Of a stretch of DNA of 64,000 nt, positions 55,836 to 64,000 are shown piece by piece. Origin of the DNA: Oscillospiraceae bacterium. GTDB taxonomy: Bacteria; Bacillota; Clostridia; Oscillospirales; Acutalibacteraceae. The notes beneath the pieces were generated by a model that searched no databases, had not been told where the DNA came from, and saw nothing but the letters and a program-made list of their open reading frames with translations. The stretch spans positions 798-64,797 of the forward strand of contig CACYHA010000016.1 in assembly GCA_902774035.1 (NCBI GenBank), written 5' to 3'. A program made the position numbers and the translations under genes. Every line of letters starts with the position of its first letter. Position 1 is the stretch's first letter.

Positions 55836-55975
55836 AAGAGGAACCCTCCGTTCTGTGTGTCTGCAGATCACCGAAAAGGCGTATCTGCTTTCTTTTATGC
55901 TGCTTCACTCCGTTTGGTGCATGGCAGCGCAGACAGAATCTTTTAGATTATACAGGAAGAACCTCGATTTTGCAA
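55836..55975 (-). promoter_or_regulatory. cysK promoter plus a structured leader of about 110 nt
   Basis: Minus strand has TTGCAA-N17-TATAAT (55975-55947). Three nested helices follow: TTCTGTCTGC/GCAGAC..AGAA, GCTGC/GCAGC and GCAGAT/ATCTGC, ending at the RBS. Confidence 0.5.
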
Positions 55976-56139
55976 GTGCGAATGAGAAAAAAGGCGCAAT
56001 TGGGGAAAAAAGGCGAAATTTCGAGCGCGGTTTTTGAATATTTTATGAAAGGTATAGATATTTTTTCACAAGTCGTGTATAATGAACCGGAACACATGGC
56101 TGCATATTTGGCAATCAACACGGAAAAGAGGTACTGACC

Positions 56140-57162
56140 ATGAAAAAATCAACGAAGCTCCTGATCCTTTGCGTCTTCCTTGCGGCGGTTATTGCCGCAG
56201 TCGTATGCTTCTTTGTCTTTTGCTCCGGCTCTGAATACGAACCGAGCGTCTGGCTCGCGGAGGGCGACGACGCTGTGGCCGAGGTCGATTTTGAAACGGA
56301 GCTGAACGGCCTTTCCGTGATGGAAAACACATGGGAGACCGCGCTTCCGCAGACCGTGGTCTATGACATCATCAAAGCGCATTTTGAATCGCCGCTGCCG
56401 GAGGGGAAAACCGAAAAAAAGGCGATCGTCATCGGCTATGACGGCTGCCGCGCCGACACGTTCCGTCTGCTTCCGACCTCGAAGCGCAGCGCGATCAACA
56501 CGCTGCTGGAAAACGGCGGCCACGCGATCTTCACCTACGCCGGCGGTGTGAATTATCCGGCAGAGCCGACGCAAAAGACCTCCACCGCGCCGGGCTGGTG
56601 CTCCATGCTCACCGGGATGCTTGCCGATCAGCACGGTGTGACGGACAACAAGAAGCCGAAGGGCGTCGAGCCGAGGTCGCTGGTGCTGTCCCTTGCTGAG
56701 GACGGGACGGTTGATTCCAGCGCGTTCTACGTCTCCTGGGCGAAGCATTTCACGAAGAAGAGATCAACCTACATCGCCGAAAAGGAGTATGCCGAAGCGA
56801 AGGGCATCCCTGCCGTCTATCTTCGCGCAGAGGACGACGCGGGGACAAAGCAGAATATCCTGAACGATCTCGCAAGGAAAGACTGCTCCGACTTCATTTT
56901 CTCCACCCATGAATACACGGACCACGCCGGTCACCACAGCGGCTTTTCGCTGCAGAACCTCGAATATGTCGGAGGCTTCCGCGACGCAGAAGCGGCGGGC
57001 GCCGACATCATCGAAGCGATCGAAGCCCGCCCGACCTATGAGACGGAGGACTGGCTGATCCTGATCACGACCGACCACGGCGGGATCAAGCTTGAGCACG
57101 GCGGTCCCTCGTTTGAAGAGCGGATCACCTTCATCGTTTCCAACAAGGAAATCGCCGATTAA
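56140..57162 (+). CDS. Alkaline-phosphatase-superfamily enzyme (phosphodiesterase / nucleotide pyrophosphatase-like), membrane anchored
   Basis: N-terminal TM segment. ..VIGYDGCRAD.. and ..ILITTDHGG.. metal-site motifs. Confidence 0.65.
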   Translation: MKKSTKLLILCVFLAAVIAAVVCFFVFCSGSEYEPSVWLAEGDDAVAEVDFETELNGLSVMENTWETALPQTVVYDIIKAHFESPLPEGKTEKKAIVIGYDGCRADTFRLLPTSKRSAINTLLENGGHAIFTYAGGVNYPAEPTQKTSTAPGWCSMLTGMLADQHGVTDNKKPKGVEPRSLVLSLAEDGTVDSSAFYVSWAKHFTKKRSTYIAEKEYAEAKGIPAVYLRAEDDAGTKQNILNDLARKDCSDFIFSTHEYTDHAGHHSGFSLQNLEYVGGFRDAEAAGADIIEAIEARPTYETEDWLILITTDHGGIKLEHGGPSFEERITFIVSNKEIAD

Positions 57163-57284
57163 CCCGGGCGTCGGAATCCGCCGATTGATTCCCTGCGAAA
57201 ATCTATCCAACCCTGCCGCGGCGCCATGCTGCGGCTTTTTTTCGCGGCGGAGTCAGAAAAAGTTAAAAAAAATGAAAAACCCCC

Positions 57285-57370
57285 TTGACAAATTAGCGAG
57301 AGCTAACTATAATGAAGTGTGGTTAGGGAAAGCTAACTGTTTTTAAAAGGCATCGGTTAGCTTTTGCTAA
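57285..57370 (+). promoter_or_regulatory. feo promoter with three TTAGN(6)GCTAA operator-like palindromes
   Basis: TTGACA (57285) -N17- TATAAT (57308). Box 1 TTAGCGAGAGCTAA (57293-57306) sits inside the spacer. Box 2 is at 57323-57336 and box 3 at 57357-57370. Confidence 0.65.
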
Positions 57371-57394
57371 TAGTAATTGACAGGGGGAGTGCTT

Positions 57395-57607
57395 ATGCTA
57401 CCGCTCAGCGTTGCAGAGCTCGGGCAGCCGCAGATCATCAAACGGATCGGCGGGAACCCGGAGGTCAAGCAGCATCTGGAAAACCTCGGCTTCCACATCG
57501 GCGGGGAGGTTTGCGTGGTGAGCACGCTCAGCGGCAACCTGATCGTCAAGGTCAAGGAGAGCCGCGTGGCAGTCAGCAGCGAGCTGGCAAGAAAAATCAT
57601 GGTATAA
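57395..57607 (+). CDS. feoA: FeoA-domain protein
   Basis: MLPLSVAELGQPQIIKRIGG..LGFHIGGEVCVV.. SH3-like FeoA. GGGGGAG RBS. Confidence 0.85.
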   Translation: MLPLSVAELGQPQIIKRIGGNPEVKQHLENLGFHIGGEVCVVSTLSGNLIVKVKESRVAVSSELARKIMV

Positions 57608-57632
57608 ATCAGATTGACAGGAGGCAGATCAA

Positions 57633-57854
57633 ATGAAAACACTCAGAGACGTTGCCATCGGCGAAACCGCAACCGTCGTGAAGCTCCACGGCGAGGGCGC
57701 CGTCAAGCGCCGCATCATGGACATGGGCATCACGAAGCACACGTCCGTTTTTGTGCGGAAAGTCGCGCCGCTCGGGGATCCCATCGAGGTCACCGTGCGC
57801 GGCTATGAGCTTTCCATCCGCAAGGCGGACGCGGAAATGATCGAAGTGGAATGA
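57633..57854 (+). CDS. feoA: FeoA-domain protein (second copy)
   Basis: MKTLRDVAIGETATVVKLHGEGAVKRRIMDMGI.. Confidence 0.85.
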   Translation: MKTLRDVAIGETATVVKLHGEGAVKRRIMDMGITKHTSVFVRKVAPLGDPIEVTVRGYELSIRKADAEMIEVE

Positions 57855-57880
57855 ACCGATGCTATTTTTTCAATCACGGG

Positions 57881-57894
57881 TTAGTTTTTGCTAA
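57881..57894. promoter_or_regulatory. Fourth copy of the operator-like palindrome, between feoA2 and feoB
   Basis: TTAGTTTTTGCTAA, with the same GGTTAG...GCTAAT context as box 3. Confidence 0.5.
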
Positions 57895-57924
57895 TCGTTT
57901 GAAACGGAAGAAAGGAAAATGACT

Positions 57925-60411
57925 ATGAGTATTCGCATCGCCCTTGCGGGCAACCCGAACAGCGGCAAAACCACGCTGTTCAACGCGCTGACCGGTTCCA
58001 ACCAGTTTGTCGGCAACTGGCCGGGCGTTACCGTTGAAAAAAAGGAAGGCAAGCTGAAAAAACACGACGACGTTATCATCACTGACCTTCCGGGCATCTA
58101 TTCGCTTTCTCCCTATACGCTGGAGGAAGTTGTTGCGAGAAATTATCTGATCAGTGAGCGTCCCGACGCGATCTTGAACATCATTGACGGCACAAACATT
58201 GAGCGCAACCTCTATCTGACCACGCAGCTCACCGAGCTCGGCATTCCGGTGGTGCTTGCCGTCAACATGATGGACGTTGTGAAAAAGAACGGCGACCAGA
58301 TCAACATTGCGGCGCTGGCCAAACAGCTCGGCTGCAAGGTCGTGACGATCTCCGCCCTGAAGGGCACCGGCGTCATGGAGGCCGCCGAAGTTGCCATTGA
58401 AGAGGCACAAAGCGGAAAGACCGTTCCCATGCACACCTTCTCCGGCCCGGTGGAACACGCGCTGGCGCACATTGAGGAAGCTGTGGTGCATGATCTGCCC
58501 GAGGAGCAGCAGCGCTGGTATGCCATCAAGATCTTTGAACGCGACGACAAGGCACTGGAACAGCTGAACATTCCCGCAGAAACCATGGCGCACATTGAAA
58601 AAGACATTGCCGCCGCAGAAAAAGAGTTGGACGACGACGCGGAAAGCATCATCACCAACGAGCGTTACATCTATATTGCCGAGGTCATCAAGGCGTGCTA
58701 TAAAAAGAAAAACAAAGGCGCGCTTTCAACCTCCGACAAGATCGACAAGGTTGTCACCAACCGCTGGTTGGGACTGCCCATCTTTGCCGTTATCATGTTT
58801 GCGGTCTACTGGATCGCAATGGTAGCAGTGGGTACACCCGCTACCGACTGGGTGAACGACAACCTGTTCGGCGACGGTTACCATCTGTTCGGCATCGGCG
58901 CTTCCGCTTTCAATGAAGTGAACGACGAGTACACCGCTGCGCTTCAGGCAGTACAGGCGTTTACGGAGATCGATCCCGAAGCTGAAGATTTTGACGAAGA
59001 CGCCGCCAAAGCGGATCTCGCAGCCTTCGTTCCTTCGGAAATGTCCGCCACGGTCGATGTGGAAGACGAAGAAACGCTCGAGATCAGCACCCTGACCGCT
59101 TATTACGACGCGATCCCCGAAGACGCCGAGGAAGAAGAGACCGTCGGCAAGACCTTTGTGGAAGCGACGGATTACTTCAACGAAAACGGCTTTGAAGCGC
59201 CCGATCCGGCGGATTTCGGCGTGTGGGTGCCGGGTGTTCCGGCGCTGATCGGCGGAATCCTTGAAAAAGCGAACGCCGCCGACTGGCTGCAGGGCCTGAT
59301 CCTCGACGGTATCGTTGCGGGCGTTGGCGCGGTGCTCGGCTTTGTGCCGCAGATGCTCGTGCTTTTCCTGATGCTCGCCTTCCTGGAGGCCTGCGGCTAC
59401 ATGGCGCGTATCGCCTTTGTGCTGGACCGCATCTTCCGCAAGTTCGGCCTTTCCGGTAAATCCTTCATTCCGATGCTCATCGGCGTGGGCTGCGGCGTGC
59501 CGGGCATCATGGCCAGCCGCACCATCGAAAACGAGCGTGACCGCCGTATGACGATCATGACGACGACCTTCATTCCCTGCGGCGCAAAGGTGCCGTTCAT
59601 CGCCATGATCGCGGGCGCGATCTTCGGCGGCTCCGCGTGGATCTCCACCTCGGCCTATTTCATCGGCATGGCGGCCATCGTGATCTCCGGCATCATGCTG
59701 AAAAAGACAAAGATGTTCGCGGGCGAGCCCGCACCGTTCGTGATGGAGCTTCCGGCCTATCACTGGCCGACGCTCGGCAACGTGCTCCGTTCCATGTGGG
59801 AACGCGGCTGGTCGTTCATCAAAAAGGCCGGCACCATCATCCTGCTTTCCACCATCGTGGTGTGGTTCACCAGCTACTTCGGCTTCACGTCCGACGGCTT
59901 CCGTATGCTTGCAAAGGATGAACTTGACCAATCCATCCTTGCCGCCATCGGCAGCGTGATCGCGTGGATCTTCGCACCGCTCGGCTGGGGCACCTGGCAG
60001 GCGGCCGTTGCCTCCATCACCGGTCTTGTTGCCAAAGAAAACATCGTCGGCACCATGGGCATCCTTTACGGCGGCGGCGAGCTGACCGCATGGCAGGCGC
60101 TGCACGCAGCATTCACCGGCGTCACGGGCTTCTCCTTCCTCGTGTTCAACCTGCTGTGTGCACCCTGCTTTGCGGCCATCGGCGCCATCAAGCGCGAGAT
60201 GAACAACGCCAAGTGGACGTGGTTCGCCATCGGCTATCAGTGCGGCTTTGCCTATGCAGTCTCGCTGTGCATCAACCAGATCGGCGGCGCGTTCACCGGA
60301 AACTTCAACCTCATCGGCTTCCTGTGTGCGCTGGCGATCCTCGCAGGCATGGTCTACATGCTGTTCTTCAAAAAGTACAGCGAAGCGACGAAGCTGACGA
60401 AGAAAATCTGA
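57925..60411 (+). CDS. feoB: Ferrous iron transporter FeoB
   Basis: MSIRIALAGNPNSGKTTLFNALTG G-domain plus a polytopic membrane domain, with an acidic insert of about 150 aa. Alternative start at 57919. Confidence 0.93.
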   Translation: MSIRIALAGNPNSGKTTLFNALTGSNQFVGNWPGVTVEKKEGKLKKHDDVIITDLPGIYSLSPYTLEEVVARNYLISERPDAILNIIDGTNIERNLYLTTQLTELGIPVVLAVNMMDVVKKNGDQINIAALAKQLGCKVVTISALKGTGVMEAAEVAIEEAQSGKTVPMHTFSGPVEHALAHIEEAVVHDLPEEQQRWYAIKIFERDDKALEQLNIPAETMAHIEKDIAAAEKELDDDAESIITNERYIYIAEVIKACYKKKNKGALSTSDKIDKVVTNRWLGLPIFAVIMFAVYWIAMVAVGTPATDWVNDNLFGDGYHLFGIGASAFNEVNDEYTAALQAVQAFTEIDPEAEDFDEDAAKADLAAFVPSEMSATVDVEDEETLEISTLTAYYDAIPEDAEEEETVGKTFVEATDYFNENGFEAPDPADFGVWVPGVPALIGGILEKANAADWLQGLILDGIVAGVGAVLGFVPQMLVLFLMLAFLEACGYMARIAFVLDRIFRKFGLSGKSFIPMLIGVGCGVPGIMASRTIENERDRRMTIMTTTFIPCGAKVPFIAMIAGAIFGGSAWISTSAYFIGMAAIVISGIMLKKTKMFAGEPAPFVMELPAYHWPTLGNVLRSMWERGWSFIKKAGTIILLSTIVVWFTSYFGFTSDGFRMLAKDELDQSILAAIGSVIAWIFAPLGWGTWQAAVASITGLVAKENIVGTMGILYGGGELTAWQALHAAFTGVTGFSFLVFNLLCAPCFAAIGAIKREMNNAKWTWFAIGYQCGFAYAVSLCINQIGGAFTGNFNLIGFLCALAILAGMVYMLFFKKYSEATKLTKKI

Positions 60412-60435
60412 TTCTTTCGGAAAGGAAGCGATCTT

Positions 60436-60654
60436 ATGACGGCCTGGCTCACTGCAAATCTTGCAAACATTCTGCTCGTGGCAGCGCTGATCCTTGTCGT
60501 AACGCTCATCCTCGTGAAGCTGGTCAAGGATAAAAAGAAAGGACGCTCCTCCTGCGGCTGCGGCTGCGAACATTGCGCGATGCGCGACGCCTGCCATCAA
60601 AAGGCGGCGGCAGAACGTAAAGCATATTCCAAAGAACGGAAAGATCAAGTATAA
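60436..60654 (+). CDS. FeoB-associated Cys-rich membrane protein
   Basis: One TM segment followed by CGCGCEHC. Typical position after feoB. Confidence 0.75.
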   Translation: MTAWLTANLANILLVAALILVVTLILVKLVKDKKKGRSSCGCGCEHCAMRDACHQKAAAERKAYSKERKDQV

Positions 60655-60750
60655 ACCTTCTGTAAACAGCGAAACATACGGCGTCGGGACTGGGTTCCCG
60701 GCGCCGTATGTATATAGTATGAATGGATTTCAGGCTGTCGGCCAAAGACT

Positions 60751-61704
60751 TCAAAATGTGTCGCTTGTCAAAAGCCCGATCACGGTTTCCAGCTCGGCGG
60801 GCTTGACTTTTTCCGGCATTTTGCCCGCTTTCACGCAATCCGTAAAATAGCGGATCTCGTTGGCGTAGGCGTTGCTTTGCGGCAGGCCGATGTCGCCGGT
60901 GTCTCCCTGCGCATCGCCGCCGACGGGGTTCCAGACCTTGCCGTCTTTTTCGTAGATCTTCATCTCGCCTTGCTCCCAAGCGACAACGGCGCGCTCAAAC
61001 TGGAAGCGGAACGCCGCGCGGAACGGATAGGGCGAGGCGTACCACGACGCCTCGGTTGTGATGAAGAAGCCGTCGTATTCGTACACGGCGTTGAGATAAT
61101 CCTGTTCGGGACGGCGCGAACGGTGGGTCACGGTGTGCTTCGGGGCACCGAAGGCATAGACCAGAAAATCGAGGTCGTGGATGTGCAGGTCAAACGGCAC
61201 AAGGCCGCTGCGGTTTTCGTCCATCATCCAGCCGTCCCAACTCCATTTCGGGTAGCAGCCCAGGCGCGTCATGGAGCCCGAAAGCAGCGCACCGTAGGTC
61301 TTTTCGTCAAAGATCTTTTTCACGATCTCATATTCCGGCCAGAAACGCAGCACCTGCGCGGCCATGAACTTTGTGCCGTTGTCTGCCGCCGCGCGATAGA
61401 TGTGCGCCACGTCTTCTTTTTTCAGCGAGATCGGCTTTTCGCAAAGCACGTTGATTCCCTTTTTCAGCGCTTTCACGGCGAAGTCCGCGTGCAGATACGT
61501 CGGCAGGCAGATGTCGAGAATGTCAAATTGCTCGCTTTCCAGCATCTTGTCAAAGTCGGTGTAGTGCCGCTGCTCGGGATAGCGCTCCATCTGTTCCGGA
61601 CGGATGTCGCACAGCGCGACCAGCTCTGCGTCGTCCATGCTGATCCACGCAGGGATGTGGGCGCCGCTGATGCCGCCGACGCCGACCAATGCAATCTTCA
61701 ACAT
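60751..61704 (-). CDS. Gfo/Idh/MocA-family NAD(P)-dependent oxidoreductase
   Basis: MLKIALVGVGGISGAHIPAW Rossmann start after a GGAGGA RBS. ..EKPISL.. motif. Confidence 0.85.
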   Translation of the reverse strand: MLKIALVGVGGISGAHIPAWISMDDAELVALCDIRPEQMERYPEQRHYTDFDKMLESEQFDILDICLPTYLHADFAVKALKKGINVLCEKPISLKKEDVAHIYRAAADNGTKFMAAQVLRFWPEYEIVKKIFDEKTYGALLSGSMTRLGCYPKWSWDGWMMDENRSGLVPFDLHIHDLDFLVYAFGAPKHTVTHRSRRPEQDYLNAVYEYDGFFITTEASWYASPYPFRAAFRFQFERAVVAWEQGEMKIYEKDGKVWNPVGGDAQGDTGDIGLPQSNAYANEIRYFTDCVKAGKMPEKVKPAELETVIGLLTSDTF

Positions 61705-61705
61705 A

Positions 61706-62554
61706 TCAGTGTCCTCCGTAAATGCGGTCGATGATGTTGCCGAGATATTCCTTTGACGCAAGGATGTCTTTGATCTGCTGCTCGCCGCTGATCTCGCGCT
61801 CGATCGTCACATAGCCGTCGTAGCCGAGCGTGTGCAGCTTTCGAAACAGCGCGGAGAAATCCACTTTGCCCTGTCCGATGGCAGTCTCGCGGCCGAGGTC
61901 ATGGCCGTTGGTGGGGTAACAGCCGTCTTTCGCGTGCAAATTTCTCACGTACTTGCCGAACACGTCCAGCGCGTCCACCGGGTTGGCTTTGCCGTAAAGG
62001 ATCACGTTTGCGGTGTCGAGGTTGACGCCGAGGTTGTCCGTGCCCACCGTTTCAAAGCAGCGCAGCATGGTCACCGGGGTCTCCTGCCCGGTCTCGAACA
62101 GCAGGTATTGGCCGTTTTGTTTGCAGTGCTCCGCCACCACGCGCACCGCGTCGCAGAAGGGAAGAAACTCGGGATCGTTCGGGTTTTCCGGAATGAAGCC
62201 CATGTGGGTCACGACGTTTTTGACGCCGAGCAGTTTGGCGAAATCCGCGCCGTCGCAAAGGTTCTTGATGCGCGTCTCGCGGTATGCGGGCGGCACAAGG
62301 CCGAGCGTCGTCTGCCCCTCATAGAAGTTCCAGACGCAGGGGCCCTCCCAGCCGCACCAGAACGCCGAGATCGTCACGCCGTACTGCGCGGTCCATTCGT
62401 TCAGCTTCGCCGCGTTCTCCGCCGTGAACAGCGCGGGAACCCAGCAGATCAACTGGCAGTTGTCGAAGCCCCGCGCCTGCAGATCCTCAAACTTTTGCTG
62501 CATGTCTTCCATTTGCGTCAGATTGACGCAGACGCCGATTTTCAAAGCGCTCAT
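61706..62554 (-). CDS. Sugar phosphate isomerase/epimerase (xylose-isomerase-like TIM barrel)
   Basis: Start MSALKIGVCVN. ..VTHMGFIPE.., ..LLFETGQE.., ..NLDTANV.. motifs. 1-nt gap to the oxidoreductase gene. Confidence 0.8.
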   Translation of the reverse strand: MSALKIGVCVNLTQMEDMQQKFEDLQARGFDNCQLICWVPALFTAENAAKLNEWTAQYGVTISAFWCGWEGPCVWNFYEGQTTLGLVPPAYRETRIKNLCDGADFAKLLGVKNVVTHMGFIPENPNDPEFLPFCDAVRVVAEHCKQNGQYLLFETGQETPVTMLRCFETVGTDNLGVNLDTANVILYGKANPVDALDVFGKYVRNLHAKDGCYPTNGHDLGRETAIGQGKVDFSALFRKLHTLGYDGYVTIEREISGEQQIKDILASKEYLGNIIDRIYGGH

Positions 62555-62772
62555 CCCTCTCAGTTCAGTATTCGCAAGGTAATCGATGAGTGAATCAGTG
62601 ATTACCAATGTCTTTGCTGTTCTTATTCTACCGAAAAACGGTTCGAATTGCAAGGGGGCGGGTCGATTTTTATGGAAAACATCGGAATAATACACTGTAA
62701 AACAATCAAAAACCACTGGCGGAACCGGCGGCTTTGATCGATTGCAAAAAGATTGAAAAAAACTTGCCGTTC

Positions 62773-62804
62773 TTCAATCTCTTTTCAATCCTCGCGGGGA
62801 TAAT
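62773..62804 (+). promoter_or_regulatory. TTCAATC-N4-TTCAATC direct repeat 8 nt upstream of a GATAAT -10 box (copy 1)
   Basis: Heptamers at 62773-62779 and 62784-62790, GATAAT at 62799-62804. Inverted copies GATTG..GATTGAA lie at 62740-62757. Confidence 0.55.
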
Positions 62805-62861
62805 AGGGGTCGGAAAGCGGAAAACAACGCGATCCGATCTTACAAAAAGGAGTGTATCATC

Positions 62862-63263
62862 ATGAAAAAAACGATCTCCATTCTGCTTGCGGTCGCCATG
62901 ATCCTGCTGAGCTTCGCGGCCTGCGGCAAAACAGAAACAACCGACCAAACCGCAACCCAGCAAATAGACGCACAGACAAACGCGAGCGAAGACAGACCGG
63001 CCCCGCCGGACGGTGCGCCGAGCGGAGACCCGCCGGGAGAGCCGCCCGAAGGCGCGCCGAACGGAACCCCGCCGGAGGGCGGCCCGGGCGGCAATCTGCC
63101 GAGCGGCGGCCCGGGCAGCAGCAGCGCCGACGTGACCTATGACGGCACAACAGAACTCACCGGCGACACCTATCTCACAAGCTTTTCCGGCAACGCGGCG
63201 AACGTCATCTCCAACGGCTATACGCTCTATGTGAACGCTACGGCGCTGACAGGAACAAAATAA
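62862..63263 (+). CDS. Pro/Gly-rich lipoprotein
   Basis: MKKTISILLAVAMILLSFAAC-G lipobox. AAAGGAG RBS. Confidence 0.7.
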   Translation: MKKTISILLAVAMILLSFAACGKTETTDQTATQQIDAQTNASEDRPAPPDGAPSGDPPGEPPEGAPNGTPPEGGPGGNLPSGGPGSSSADVTYDGTTELTGDTYLTSFSGNAANVISNGYTLYVNATALTGTK

Positions 63264-63282
63264 AACAAAAAATTTAGAAAGT

Positions 63283-63314
63283 TTCAATCTTGATTCAATC
63301 TTCACGGAGATAAT
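63283..63314 (+). promoter_or_regulatory. TTCAATC-N4-TTCAATC direct repeat 8 nt upstream of a GATAAT -10 box (copy 2)
   Basis: Heptamers at 63283-63289 and 63294-63300, GATAAT at 63309-63314. Same geometry and flanking ATAGG.G.C.GAAAGC.GAAAA as copy 1. Confidence 0.55.
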
Positions 63315-63377
63315 AGGAGACAGAAAGCAGAAAATCCTGCATCGAACAATACATCTATTACGAAGGAGGCAACAACC

Positions 63378-64000
63378 ATGAAACGCAAATCTGTATCAAC
63401 TAAGCTTTTATCCATCGCCATCGGACTGGTTCTGCTCTTTACGCTGATGATCCCGTCCTTTGCGGCAGCAGCGGATGATACCGCCAACGCCACACGCTTC
63501 GTTTTCTCCGACAGCGGCGTCGCCGTGACCGAGGGCGCCTACACCGGCTACAAGGTCAAGAACACGGCGCTTTCCATCACGGCAGCGGGCACCTACATCA
63601 TCTCCGGTTCCTGCGCGAACGGTTCCATCGTGGTCAAAAAGAACGTCACCGGCGTCACGCTCATCCTTGACGGCTTGACCCTCACCGCGCACGCCACCGC
63701 GCCGATCACCTGCAACAAGGGCAGCGGCGTCACGATCTTTGCCGCGGCGGGCAGCATCAACAACCTCAGCGACGACAAATATAACAACGACGACGTCTAC
63801 ACTGATACGACGACCTATCCCGATATCGAAAACGCCGTGATTAAATGCAAGGACGGCTCCAACGTCACCATCGGCGGCACGGGCACCATCAACGTCAATG
63901 CCTACGGCAAAAACGGCGTCAAGGGCGGTGCGGACCTCTATGAAGAGGATGAAAACGGCAACGCTACAACGATCCTGCTTTCCGCCGCTTCGCTGACGAT
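63378..64000 (+). CDS. Secreted beta-helix-like protein (carbohydrate-binding-domain family), 5' part only, runs off the window
   Basis: GAAGGAGG RBS. MKRKSVSTKLLSIAIGLVLLFTLMIPSFAAA signal peptide. Open frame to the window end. Absent from the ORF track because no stop is reached. Confidence 0.7.
   Translation, partial: MKRKSVSTKLLSIAIGLVLLFTLMIPSFAAAADDTANATRFVFSDSGVAVTEGAYTGYKVKNTALSITAAGTYIISGSCANGSIVVKKNVTGVTLILDGLTLTAHATAPITCNKGSGVTIFAAAGSINNLSDDKYNNDDVYTDTTTYPDIENAVIKCKDGSNVTIGGTGTINVNAYGKNGVKGGADLYEEDENGNATTILLSAASLT

Overview
This is a GC-rich chromosomal segment from a spore-forming Clostridia-type Firmicute. The lineage call rests on spoIIID, the yabP-yabQ-divIC-yabR block, AGGAGG-type ribosome binding sites (RBS) and TTGACA-N17-TATAAT promoters. 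I computed no GC values; low-GC patches were judged by eye. Housekeeping and carbohydrate genes include GTP-PEPCK, exonuclease III, cysK, feoAAB, GH3, GH29, a GH63-like enzyme, a ClC channel and a PrsA-like isomerase. Interleaved with them are accessory genes: an IS110 element, a small integrase/excisionase/HEPN islet beside two tRNAs, an orphan 5S rRNA gene and several large secreted repeat proteins. Four items look unusual. (1) A secreted LRR protein carries an embedded domain 62/76 identical to eukaryotic ubiquitin. (2) A tightly coupled 8-gene operon joins nickel-chaperone-type genes (CooC, CooT, a His-rich protein, an acetyl-CoA-synthase-like fragment) to an ATP-dependent activase and two 2-hydroxyacyl-CoA-dehydratase-family subunits. 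(3) A radical-SAM/SPASM enzyme is fused to a JAB/JAMM peptidase domain and sits next to an 83-aa candidate substrate ORF. (4) A consensus promoter drives about 41 AGCA repeats into an intrinsic terminator just upstream of a surface-protein gene. Many long ORFs in the supplied track are antisense artefacts of GC-rich genes and were rejected. Several real short ORFs fall below the track cutoff and were found by reading the sequence. All family assignments come from motif recognition by eye or from memory; no searches were run.
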